Assembly: GCA_038883795.1 (NCBI GenBank)
Contig: JAVZLK010000003.1
Location: 64,001-128,000 of the forward strand
DNA length: 64,000 bases
Source: Candidatus Bathyarchaeia archaeon
GTDB taxonomy: Archaea; Thermoproteota; Bathyarchaeia; Bathyarchaeales; Bathycorpusculaceae
Direction: 5' to 3'
Part shown: piece after piece, positions 46,941 through 55,899 of the stretch
Layout of the letters: each line of letters begins with the position of its first letter
How positions within the stretch are numbered: position 1 is the stretch's first letter
The notes under the pieces: model-generated
Database searches by the model: none
Seen by the model: the letters and a program-made list of their open reading frames with translations, nothing else
What the model was told of the DNA's origin: nothing
Made by a program: the position numbers and the translations under genes

Positions 46941-47933
46941 TTACAAGTCATAAACTAAGCCTGGAATTCTTGGAAAAGGCTGCGTTTCTCCTATATGTCT
47001 TGCTCCTACTATCCATGAAACCAGCCTTTCCACTCCTATCCCTGCACCAGCAGATGGTTGCAGTCTTCCTTCTTTAGCCAGTTGCAGTAATATCCTATAA
47101 TTTTCTTTTTTGATTTTGTCCCTTTCCATTTTCTTGAGTATTTTCTCGTATTCCCACTCTCTTCTTCCGCCAGATAATACTTCGCCGTATTTTGGAAGAA
47201 GCAAATCATAGTTGTCCCAAACGCCGCTTTCGAAGTCTTCGAAGTCATAAAACTCTCTCGGAATGTTTGTTATCCAAACTGGGTACTTGATTTCTTTTAG
47301 AAGCCATTTTTCCCAAAAATGCCCATGGCTTTTTTCAAGTTCTTTTCTGTCATAAATTTTGAAGGGTGTTTCTAGTGTGGTTAAGTTGTCGTATTTGCCT
47401 AAATATGTTAATTCTTCCCGCATGTTAGCCCGTAAATGGCGTAGTAATCCAACCAATATTTTTTCAACAAGGCTTCTAACATCTTCTGATTTAGCCTCTT
47501 TCATTTCAAAGTCTAATTGTGTAAATTCGTATGCGTGGATTCCAGTGTTTGCCCTTTCCGCCCTTTCTATTCTTATGTTCGGAGATAGCGTAAACAATTT
47601 GGGATAGATTAGAGAGGATGCAACCATTTTCTGAACTATCATGCTTAAATTTGCCCTAACGGTTTCTCCATAAATTTCCACTTCAACCCGTTTATCAATT
47701 GAAGCGTCAAGGTCTGGCCAAAGAGGGTCTGTTGATTTGGAAAATATTACTGGCAAAAGCCATTCAAAACCCTCTTTGACAAATTCTTCTGTAAGATATT
47801 TTAAAACACGAGTCATTACTTTACCAATACATTGTTTTCTCTGCAATTCGCTTTTAGAAAGTTGCTCCAAAGGCTTTGGAATCTCCATAAGCCTTTCTTT
47901 CGCAACTGAGAGAAGCTTCTGTCTTTTCTCCAT
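46941..47933 (-). CDS. asnA: Archaeal asparagine synthetase A (AsnRS-like catalytic domain, no anticodon-binding domain)
   Basis: TDPLWPD, SPNIRIE, HAYEFTQLDFE, GEVLSGGRRE, SAGAGIGVERL; no OB domain; ATG 47933 with AGGTGAG SD. Confidence 0.88.
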   Translation of the reverse strand: MEKRQKLLSVAKERLMEIPKPLEQLSKSELQRKQCIGKVMTRVLKYLTEEFVKEGFEWLLPVIFSKSTDPLWPDLDASIDKRVEVEIYGETVRANLSMIVQKMVASSLIYPKLFTLSPNIRIERAERANTGIHAYEFTQLDFEMKEAKSEDVRSLVEKILVGLLRHLRANMREELTYLGKYDNLTTLETPFKIYDRKELEKSHGHFWEKWLLKEIKYPVWITNIPREFYDFEDFESGVWDNYDLLLPKYGEVLSGGRREWEYEKILKKMERDKIKKENYRILLQLAKEGRLQPSAGAGIGVERLVSWIVGARHIGETQPFPRIPGLVYDL

Positions 47934-48046
47934 GTGCTCACCTTTGAACTCGAATGTTATCTGTTTCAAATGTGAAGTCGTTATTATAAACTTTTTATAA
48001 AAAATGCTGCAATTTTTCCAAAAAAGTAAACTTTTATATTAGATTT

Positions 48047-48061
48047 TTGTAATAATTACAA
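48047..48061. promoter_or_regulatory. 15-bp inverted repeat, candidate Lrp/AsnC operator
   Basis: TTGTAAT-A-ATTACAA, perfect 7-1-7 repeat ending 2 nt before the Lrp ATG and downstream of a TTTTATAT TATA-like box. Confidence 0.55.
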
Positions 48062-48063
48062 TT

Positions 48064-48600
48064 ATGGAAGCGAAACTCGACGAGAAGGATTTGGCTATTC
48101 TCTCTCTAATTCAAAGCAATTGTAAGCTTACCGCCCGAGAAATTGCAAGAAAAATAGATTCGCCCATTACGACTGTTTTCGCAAAAATAAAGCGCATGGA
48201 AGAGGTGGGCATAATAAAGGATTATAGGGCAATTTTGGATTCGCAGAAACTTAACAGTGGAACAACGGCCTTCATTCTCGCCTCGGTCTCCTACAGAACA
48301 AAAGACAATGCTACATTGATTTCACAGAGAGAAATCGCCAAAGAAATAGCAAAGTTTCCCGAAGTTCAAGAAGTGCACATTATAACGGGGGATTGGGATT
48401 TGTTGATAAAGCTTAAGGCTGAAAATGTTGATGTTATAGGGAAGTTTGTTATTGACAAGTTAAGACTTGTTAGAGGTATAGAGAAAACTTTGACGTGTAT
48501 GGTTTTCGAAACCTGCAAAGAAACAACAGAGATACCAATCATGTTAAGAAAGAAAACAAGTAAAAATCATATATTAGAAGGAATAAAACAGCGTAAATAA
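48064..48600 (+). CDS. Lrp/AsnC-family transcriptional regulator
   Basis: LDEKDLAIL...REIARK...GIIK HTH; RAM domain EVHIITGDWDL. Confidence 0.93.
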   Translation: MEAKLDEKDLAILSLIQSNCKLTAREIARKIDSPITTVFAKIKRMEEVGIIKDYRAILDSQKLNSGTTAFILASVSYRTKDNATLISQREIAKEIAKFPEVQEVHIITGDWDLLIKLKAENVDVIGKFVIDKLRLVRGIEKTLTCMVFETCKETTEIPIMLRKKTSKNHILEGIKQRK

Positions 48601-48713
48601 AAAGGGAAAGCGGGTTTCGGTCATTTTTGGGATGGCTTAATTTAGGATTTATAAAGGTTTATACAACAAAATATAGAAAATATATCTAATTCAAGGAGGA
48701 GAAACGCAAAACC

Positions 48714-50075
48714 TTGGAAAAATTTGATGCAGTTGTAGTGGGAGCCGGAACAGGCGGCTGTTTAGCTGCGAAAACATTGGCTGAAGCTGGCTTAAAAGTT
48801 TGTTTGGTGGAGAGAAAAAGAAGAGAAGAGATTGGAGAGAAGATATGTGGAGACGCCCTTGGAGAGCATCACCTAAAAAGTGTGGGTTTAGAAAAACCGC
48901 AGAGCGGCGAACTTGAGAAGAGAATAGAGGGCATTAAAATTTATTCGCCAGATTTGGAAACAATTTTTACCGTAAAGCATGAGGATTTTGTTGGTTACCT
49001 GTTGAATAGGCGGCTTTTTGGGCAATGGCTTTTGAGAAAAGCTCTTGATAAAGGCGTTGTTCTTCTAGATTCAGCGCAATGTTTGGAACCGATAATTGAA
49101 AGGCATTTTGTGGCAGGAGTTTTAGCCAAAGATTTGAAGACTAAAAAGAGAATCGAGTTGAAAGGTAAAGTGGTTGTTGATGCCAGCGGTTTTGTGGGGG
49201 TAATTAGGCGAAAACTTCCGAAAGAGATGGGCATCGAAAATGAAGTAGCAAACGAAGATGTGGAAGCCTGCTATAGAGAAATAAGACAACTCAAACAAGA
49301 AACCAATGAAATGAATTACTGCGAAATCTACTTGAACCAGAAAGTAACTCCAGGCGGTTACACATGGATTTTCTACAAAAGCAGCGCAAAAGTTAATGCT
49401 GGTCTTGGAGTTTGTATGAGAGGTAAGTTTCCAAACCCAAAAAACCAGTTCTATAAGCACATCCTAACAAAACCACTTTTTGAAGGCTCCCTCCTTCTAA
49501 ACGGGGGTGCATGGTATGATCCAACACGCAGACCATTAAACAACATGGTTGGAAATGGAGTTGCCATAATAGGCGATGCAGCATGCCTTGTAAACCCAAT
49601 TCACGGGGGTGGAATAGGTCCCTCAATGCTAAGCGGCTACCTAGCCGGGCAAGCCATTATCAAAGCTTTGGAAAAGGGTGATGTAAGCCAAAAGTCTTTG
49701 TGGTTGTATAATGTTGAGTATATGAAGAATTATGGGACGAAACAGGCGGGACTTGATGTTTTTCGCATATTGCTTTTGACTTGTCATGATGAAGATTTAA
49801 ACTATGGAATGAAATATAAGCTGTTGACTGAAGAGGATGTTTTAAAGGCTGGTTTAGGCGAAGAATTCCACCTTAAAATAACTGAAACTGCCAAGCGAGT
49901 TTTCAGAGGATTGAAGAGGATACGCTTTCTTAACAAGCTTAGGCTTACGGTTAATCTAATGAATCAAGTTAAAGAGCATTATCGAAACTATCCAGAAACG
50001 CCCGAAAATTTCAAAGAATGGCAGATGAAAACAGAAGCTTTATTCAAGGAAGCCAAGTCTAAACTTATGGAGTAA
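48714..50075 (+). CDS. Geranylgeranyl reductase family (digeranylgeranylglycerophospholipid reductase-like)
   Basis: VVGAGTGG, KICGDA, PGGYTWIF, GDAA..VNPIHGGGI. Confidence 0.88.
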   Translation: MEKFDAVVVGAGTGGCLAAKTLAEAGLKVCLVERKRREEIGEKICGDALGEHHLKSVGLEKPQSGELEKRIEGIKIYSPDLETIFTVKHEDFVGYLLNRRLFGQWLLRKALDKGVVLLDSAQCLEPIIERHFVAGVLAKDLKTKKRIELKGKVVVDASGFVGVIRRKLPKEMGIENEVANEDVEACYREIRQLKQETNEMNYCEIYLNQKVTPGGYTWIFYKSSAKVNAGLGVCMRGKFPNPKNQFYKHILTKPLFEGSLLLNGGAWYDPTRRPLNNMVGNGVAIIGDAACLVNPIHGGGIGPSMLSGYLAGQAIIKALEKGDVSQKSLWLYNVEYMKNYGTKQAGLDVFRILLLTCHDEDLNYGMKYKLLTEEDVLKAGLGEEFHLKITETAKRVFRGLKRIRFLNKLRLTVNLMNQVKEHYRNYPETPENFKEWQMKTEALFKEAKSKLME

Positions 50076-50758
50076 TGCTGGCTTTTATGCGAGTTGCAGT
50101 TTTAGCCACAGGCGGAAAAGACTCCACCTTAGCGCTTAAAAAAGTATTAGATCAAGGTTATGAAGTGAAGTATTTAGTGAGCATGATTCCTTTAAGGGAA
50201 GACAGCTGGATGTTCCATTACCCAAACATCCGCCTAGTAGACCTATTTTCAAAAGCGGTGGAAATCCCCCTAGTAAAGGCTGAAACTTTAGGGATTAAGG
50301 AAAAAGAGGTTGAAGACCTCAAGCGGGTTATTGAAAAACTTGACGTTGACGCCATAGTTTCAGGAGCCATAGCCTCCAACTACCAAAAAACAAGGGTTGA
50401 AAAAATCTGCGAACAGTTAAACCTGAAATGTTTAACGCCCCTTTGGCAAAAAAATCCCATAGAAATTTTAGAAGAAATCGTGAACCTTAAATTTCATGTT
50501 ATCATAACTGGAGTTTACGCTTATGGCTTTAACAGAGAATGGCTTGGAAAGAAAATTAACGAAAAAACAATAGAAGCCCTAAAGGAATTGAGCAGACAAT
50601 ATGGCGTTTCAGTTGTTGGTGAGGGAGGAGAATACGAAACCCTAGTGCTTGACGCTCCATTCTTCAAAAAAAGAATAAAAATTGTTGAAGTGGAAAAAGT
50701 TTGGAAAAACCAAAGCGGCTATTTGCTGGTTAAAAAAGCGGAGCTTGAAAACAAATGA
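50075..50758 (+). CDS. dph6: Diphthine--ammonia ligase (Dph6)
   Basis: PP-loop TGGKDS, SWMFH, GAIASNYQ, PLW, GEGGEYETLVLDAP. Confidence 0.9.
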   Translation: MLAFMRVAVLATGGKDSTLALKKVLDQGYEVKYLVSMIPLREDSWMFHYPNIRLVDLFSKAVEIPLVKAETLGIKEKEVEDLKRVIEKLDVDAIVSGAIASNYQKTRVEKICEQLNLKCLTPLWQKNPIEILEEIVNLKFHVIITGVYAYGFNREWLGKKINEKTIEALKELSRQYGVSVVGEGGEYETLVLDAPFFKKRIKIVEVEKVWKNQSGYLLVKKAELENK

Positions 50759-50818
50759 ATTAGGTATTAAAAGCGTGAGCTTTATAGTTTTCAAATTGCA
50801 TTTATTTTTGGGAGTCTT

Positions 50819-52057
50819 ATGGTTGAAGAAAGCGATATAATAGAATTTCTCAAGGTTCATGATGGTAAGGCCTCCTTAAACGATGTTGCCACGGGTTTGG
50901 GAATACCAAAATATGGACCAAACTCTGCCTATGCTCTTTTACAATCCCTAAAAAATAAGGGTGTTGTGGAACGCCGTGGCGAACTCTGGACACTTATTAT
51001 GGAGGAGGTTAAGCCCAAAGAAAAAGCGACAGTAGCGCCTGCTCCAGCACCACCATCAACAGTGGAAAAAGAGGCCGTTATGCCTGATGTTGAAAAACTT
51101 ATGAAGGCTATGGCAAAAACCATCGCGGAAGCAATGAAAGGCGCTCAAGTTCCACCAGATGAGTGGGAACTGGCGACAAAACCGATGACAACAAAAATTG
51201 AAAGAAAAGAGGAAAAGTTAAGCGCTCTTGTATTAAAGCCAGATGAGGCTGTTGAAGCCAAAAAACCCTTAATAGGATTTCCAACAGGCACGTATTTAGA
51301 CTATTTCTTCTTAACGCCGGAAGGAAAACCCCTAAACGGATTGCCAATATGTGGACAATTCGCCATAACAGGCTTGCCGGGCGCTGGAAAATCGATTCTT
51401 GTTGAAGAAATAGCCGTAAGAGTGGCAGCTTCTGGAAGAAAAGTGCTTTACGCAACAGCAGAAGACACATGGAAAAGCGCCACTCCACGCTTTGACTTGC
51501 AATCTCGCTTAAAACAGAAGGCTGAAATCTTGGGTTTAGACTGGAATAAAATCCGTGAAAACCTTTTTGTGCTTGACACAGTGGCCTATCCTGAACTCCG
51601 CGACTGGAGCACCTTCGCAGAAACATATCGTTACGTTGCAGAAAAGGAGAAAATAGAATTAGCCATAATCGATTCTGTGACCGTTCTTGAAGCCTACCGT
51701 GGAGCCCTAAAATATCGTGTCATGGAAATAGCCAGATACAACCAAGTCCACGGTATAACCGCCCTCTACGTCAATCAGCGAAGTTCAGAAGTTTGGGACA
51801 GCTATGACATGGCAGGCGGAATAGGCCTAGCCCATAATCTCGATGGGACAATAATAGTGGATTATGGGCGTGTTTATTGGCAAGACCAGCAAGTGGATTT
51901 AGCCGTTAACAGAGGTGAATTCGTCCGCATATCAAGAGTTTTAGATTGCAGAATGTGCAATTTTGAGAGGAGAAGAATAAGGGTTGACATAACACCAGAC
52001 GGCTTTCTGAGAGCCATGGAACCCATACCAAAGGTGGAAGGAACAAAATCCCAGTGA
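50819..52057 (+). CDS. RecA/KaiC-superfamily ATPase (AF_0795-like) with N-terminal winged helix
   Basis: Walker A GLPGAGKS, Walker B AIIDS, AGG..LAH..DG, VR..R..DCRMC; N-terminal wHTH plus Pro/Ala/Glu linker. Confidence 0.8.
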   Translation: MVEESDIIEFLKVHDGKASLNDVATGLGIPKYGPNSAYALLQSLKNKGVVERRGELWTLIMEEVKPKEKATVAPAPAPPSTVEKEAVMPDVEKLMKAMAKTIAEAMKGAQVPPDEWELATKPMTTKIERKEEKLSALVLKPDEAVEAKKPLIGFPTGTYLDYFFLTPEGKPLNGLPICGQFAITGLPGAGKSILVEEIAVRVAASGRKVLYATAEDTWKSATPRFDLQSRLKQKAEILGLDWNKIRENLFVLDTVAYPELRDWSTFAETYRYVAEKEKIELAIIDSVTVLEAYRGALKYRVMEIARYNQVHGITALYVNQRSSEVWDSYDMAGGIGLAHNLDGTIIVDYGRVYWQDQQVDLAVNRGEFVRISRVLDCRMCNFERRRIRVDITPDGFLRAMEPIPKVEGTKSQ

Positions 52058-52066
52058 AAAGGCAAC

Positions 52067-53863
52067 ATGTCAATAGTTAAACCGCCTTCCTTCGAAGAAC
52101 TTGTTAAGGCATATGGTTCGCCAAAAAAAGCGGTGCTTCACCTACTAGAAGCTGGATTTTCACCAGAACAGATAACATGGAAAATTGGAATTCCATATCA
52201 CCGCTTACGCCTTTACATGGAAGGAATAGAACCAAAAATAGAGATGTCGTTCTCAAAAATAGTTGAGGTTTATGAGCGCCTCGCAGTCTTACGTGGAAAA
52301 AAGGGGAAAGAAACTGAACTTACAAAATTCTTCCAAAATGAAGATTTACCGTTAGAAATTAAAGCCCGCTTCGCCATTGGAACAATAACAGAAGAGAACC
52401 TAAAAATTGGACCTGGCTTAATTGAGAGAAGCATAAGCCTAGCCACAGACACCCCGTTAAGCGATGTTAGAAAATTTTTGATAGATTATGGAGAGCACGG
52501 CGAAGTTGCTTACTTGCTAAAAAAGCCTAAAAATCCAGAATTGACCGTTGGAGAAGTCTATGAAGCCATTAAATTTTTGCCAAAATTGGGAAGGATTATG
52601 GAAAGGGAACTTTACATTTCAAGCCTTCTGCGAATAAGCACACCAACAGAGGCAAAATATGTTGTCAGACTTCTGCTTGGAGATTTAAAACTTGGCTACT
52701 ACGCCAGCACAGTCGTTAGAGCAGTAGCAAGAGCATATGGAGTGCCGCCCCAACTAGTTGAAAATGCCTCAGCCATACTGGGCTTACCAGAAGCTATGAC
52801 ACTCGCCTCAGAAGGAGCGCTTAAACTTTCAGAGGTTAAAATGCGCCCAGGCCAGTTTATCAAACCTCAACTTGCCCACCTTTACGAGCCAGACAAAGTT
52901 GTTTATCCAGCTAGAGCAGAATATAAACTGGATGGAAGTAGACTCCAAATCCATAAGTGGGGCACCCAAATTTGGCTTTACTCGAGAAGAGGCGTTGAAA
53001 AATCCCAAACGTTGCCTGAAATAGTGCAAATAGCTGAAAATTTCAAGGCGCAAAGCTGTATTGTGGACAGCGAAGTCATAGCCACGGACGATTCTGGAAA
53101 CCCGTTACCTTTTCAAACATTGCTTGAGAGAACAGTTCCAAGAGAACTCACACCTGAAGAACTAGAAGAGAGAAAAAGAAAAGTTAAGGTTACCGTTAAA
53201 GCCTTTGACATACTATTCCTAAACGGTCAAGAACTCGTGAACTTACCCCTTTCGACTAGGCGAAAATACCTATTAGAAGTTGTTCCAACAGAATACATTG
53301 TGGGAGGAGTTGACTGCCAAAGCGAAGTTGAGCTTATGCGCTTTTACGAAGAAGCCTTAAATAAAAAATTTGAAGGAATAGTTGTAAAGAACTTGAATTC
53401 GCCATACGAAATCGGACAACGCACATACACATGGCTTAAACTTAAACCAGAACGAGACACGATAGACTGCACAATAGTAAAAGCCCTATACGGAAAGGGC
53501 AGAAGGGCAGGCCTATACTCGTCATTCCTACTCGCAGTCCGCGACCCCACAGAAAAGAAGCTTTACACAATTGGCAAAGTCTCAAACTTGCCGGAAGAAA
53601 CCATGGACGCCCTAAGAACAATGGTTGAAAACACAAAAACAGGCGAAGATGAAGAAGGCGTATTCGTTAAACCTTCATTGGTGGCGGAAGTTACATATCA
53701 AGAAATTCAAGAAACAGATGAATACACAAGCGGTTTCGCCCTAAGAGTGCCAAAAATTGTTAGGTTTAGAACAGATAAAACCGTTAATGAAATGGACAGC
53801 GTTGAAAAATTGAAAAAACTTTACGAATTGCAATATGAAAGATACCCAGCTCAAACAATTTAG
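52067..53863 (+). CDS. lig: ATP-dependent DNA ligase with extra N-terminal HTH-like segment
   Basis: EYKLDGSR (motif I), YSRR, DSE, FDIL, EGIVVK, WLKLK, ALRVPK..RTDK; DNA-binding domain begins near residue 59. Confidence 0.9.
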   Translation: MSIVKPPSFEELVKAYGSPKKAVLHLLEAGFSPEQITWKIGIPYHRLRLYMEGIEPKIEMSFSKIVEVYERLAVLRGKKGKETELTKFFQNEDLPLEIKARFAIGTITEENLKIGPGLIERSISLATDTPLSDVRKFLIDYGEHGEVAYLLKKPKNPELTVGEVYEAIKFLPKLGRIMERELYISSLLRISTPTEAKYVVRLLLGDLKLGYYASTVVRAVARAYGVPPQLVENASAILGLPEAMTLASEGALKLSEVKMRPGQFIKPQLAHLYEPDKVVYPARAEYKLDGSRLQIHKWGTQIWLYSRRGVEKSQTLPEIVQIAENFKAQSCIVDSEVIATDDSGNPLPFQTLLERTVPRELTPEELEERKRKVKVTVKAFDILFLNGQELVNLPLSTRRKYLLEVVPTEYIVGGVDCQSEVELMRFYEEALNKKFEGIVVKNLNSPYEIGQRTYTWLKLKPERDTIDCTIVKALYGKGRRAGLYSSFLLAVRDPTEKKLYTIGKVSNLPEETMDALRTMVENTKTGEDEEGVFVKPSLVAEVTYQEIQETDEYTSGFALRVPKIVRFRTDKTVNEMDSVEKLKKLYELQYERYPAQTI

Positions 53864-53901
53864 TTTTACTGTGGATGAACTTTGACTATTTCTCAAAATG
53901 G

Positions 53902-54432
53902 CTAGTATAAGCTTCTTCTGCTTAGAACTCTAAATCCAGCGTAAGGTTGGAGAAAAGGAATATCTGCTGTTGTTTTGTATTGTTGGTTTCGGAGTCCCAA
54001 GGAGATTTCAATGAACTCTTTTATGGTAGAGGTGGCAAATTCCCATGTAGGCCTTCCATAAGTAAGTCCATTACATGTGGAATCAGCATATATGAAAAGC
54101 GTTTTTCCACCAAACTCATAAGCGGCTTCTTTTGCGTATCCAAAATCTGGTTTGCCTAAAATTTTGAAGGGCCAGAGCTTGCATGCTTTTGGTTTCATGT
54201 GTTGAAGCCCACATAGGTATATGTTTGAGAGGCTGTATAGGAAAATGCATGAGCCATCGCTTCTTCTTTTTATAAACAGCTTATTTAAGCCTGAGACCGT
54301 TTTGTCTACGCCATAATTGTTCACAATTTTTAACCATTCTTGAAAGTTTAGAACGACACTGTAAGCTTTGCAACATAAACCACATGCTTTGCATTTCCAG
54401 TCAGCGATGTACCGCCATGGAACGAACAGCAT
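53902..54432 (-). CDS. YkgJ-family (CxxCxxCC) Fe-S/Zn cluster protein
   Basis: CKACGLCC, CIFL, C.....KPKACKLWPF. Confidence 0.88.
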   Translation of the reverse strand: MLFVPWRYIADWKCKACGLCCKAYSVVLNFQEWLKIVNNYGVDKTVSGLNKLFIKRRSDGSCIFLYSLSNIYLCGLQHMKPKACKLWPFKILGKPDFGYAKEAAYEFGGKTLFIYADSTCNGLTYGRPTWEFATSTIKEFIEISLGLRNQQYKTTADIPFLQPYAGFRVLSRRSLY

Positions 54433-54486
54433 TTCTGATCTACTCGCCCTTTTCCAATAAATTTCAGAATTATTTTTCTATTAAAA

Positions 54487-54903
54487 TTATTTTGCAAAAT
54501 TTCTCAGTTTTTCAGCAAATTCTATGGGAAACTGGGTGGCTTTCCACGTTTTCTTATCTAAGGCTACTATGACCACATAACCATTAGCTAACAAAGCTCC
54601 AGACTCCTTATTGAACACTTTAAAACCATACTTCACAGATTTCTCCCTCAAATCGTCCACCGTTAACTCCACTTCAATGAGATCATTAAATCTTGCTGGT
54701 CTTTTATATTGACAAAAGGCTTCAACCCTAGGAAATAATAGTCCTTTTTCTTCTGCGTCGTTGAAGCTGAAGCCCAGATGTCTATAAAATTCTTCTTCTG
54801 TTCTTTCAAAAAATCTGAAATAATTGGAATAGTGCACAATTTGGGCGGAATCCGTGTCCACCCAGGTGACTCTAAAAGAAGTTTTAAAAGCTGAAGGCAC
54901 CAT
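54487..54903 (-). CDS. Acyl-CoA thioesterase (YbgC/4HBT hotdog fold)
   Basis: VTWVDTDSAQIVHYSNYFRFFE, YKRPARFND. Confidence 0.9.
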   Translation of the reverse strand: MVPSAFKTSFRVTWVDTDSAQIVHYSNYFRFFERTEEEFYRHLGFSFNDAEEKGLLFPRVEAFCQYKRPARFNDLIEVELTVDDLREKSVKYGFKVFNKESGALLANGYVVIVALDKKTWKATQFPIEFAEKLRNFAK

Positions 54904-54929
54904 AAGGTTTCACTTATTAGCGTGAAAAT

Positions 54930-55406
54930 CTAAACTTTCTTGTACAAATAAATTGTGTGAGAAGGATATCCCAAAGTTTGATTCTCACAAAAGTTTACAA
55001 CTTTGACTGGTTTCCACCCAACAATTTCATAATCGTGAGAAACAACTCGGGCTCCGGGTCTAAGTTCAGACTCGAGTTTTGGCTTAATCTTCTCATTTGC
55101 ACTTGTTGTTAAATAAAGGAAAACCACATCAGCTGATGTTAGGTCAACGTGGAACATGTCGCCGTTCACTATTGTGACTTTGTCTTGAAGCCCTTGCTCA
55201 TAAACAGCGCTTAAAGCCTTTTTCACAAGGTCTTCTCTTAATTCTACGCCTACCGCTCTTGCGCCAAAGTCTTTTGCAGCCATTATTACCGCTCTGCCGT
55301 CTCCAGCGCCTAAGTCGAAGAAAACTTCTCTTGGTTTTAATTCAGCCAATATAAGCATTTGACGAATTACTTGCGGCGGGCTTGGAACGTAAGGGGCTAT
55401 ATACAT
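54930..55406 (-). CDS. Protein-lysine methyltransferase (archaeal aKMT / FAM173-like)
   Basis: PYVPSP, DLGAGDGR, GVEL, ADVVFLYL, KPKLE.EL.PG.RVVSHDY. Confidence 0.8.
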   Translation of the reverse strand: MYIAPYVPSPPQVIRQMLILAELKPREVFFDLGAGDGRAVIMAAKDFGARAVGVELREDLVKKALSAVYEQGLQDKVTIVNGDMFHVDLTSADVVFLYLTTSANEKIKPKLESELRPGARVVSHDYEIVGWKPVKVVNFCENQTLGYPSHTIYLYKKV

Positions 55407-55486
55407 TTATGAAACCTCTTTTTATGCTTGATTTAGCGTTTTCTGTTTAATCAAAATGTTTTGGCTCTTTTAAAGACTTTTGCATC

Positions 55487-55813
55487 TCAAGCAACGTAAG
55501 TGGCTTTTTTTGGGGTTGGTCTTCTGGCTTCTCCACATTTCATGCAACTTTGAGTACATAATTCCAAGTATTTTCCTTCATCTCCAGAGCCAACGCTTTC
55601 TGCAGCCTTGCGGCATAGTGCACTTGCCTCCTCACATCCACGTTCCTCACAGAGTTTTGAAACGGAATGGCAGATTTCCTGCACATCTTTTGGCTCCAAT
55701 ACCGCTCTGTTTGTGCGGACAAGTAGGCAGATTTCTCTGGCTAAAACGCATGTTTGAATGTATTTAATTCTCTCAAGAACTTCTTCCCGCAATCGTTTAC
55801 GGCTTATTTCCAA
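55487..55813 (-). CDS. Small Cys-rich helical protein
   Basis: Nine Cys in helical spacing (CTQSCMKC etc.); TTG 55813 after AGGAG. Confidence 0.65.
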   Translation of the reverse strand: MEISRKRLREEVLERIKYIQTCVLAREICLLVRTNRAVLEPKDVQEICHSVSKLCEERGCEEASALCRKAAESVGSGDEGKYLELCTQSCMKCGEARRPTPKKATYVA

Positions 55814-55899
55814 ATCTTCATTTCTCCTGAACAATTGATAAGCGATGTTTAGGCACAATAAAGCAGCCCTTCATTTAAAAGTTGCTATGCCCTTTTGAG

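Noticed and set aside
46941-47933. Asparaginyl-tRNA synthetase or its pseudogene
   Set aside because: Intact ORF lacking the anticodon domain, with the TDPLWPD signature of archaeal asparagine synthetase
50819-52057. Circadian KaiC or RadA recombinase
   Set aside because: Single ATPase domain, no KaiA/B, no RadA HhH domain or GEFGSGKT motif
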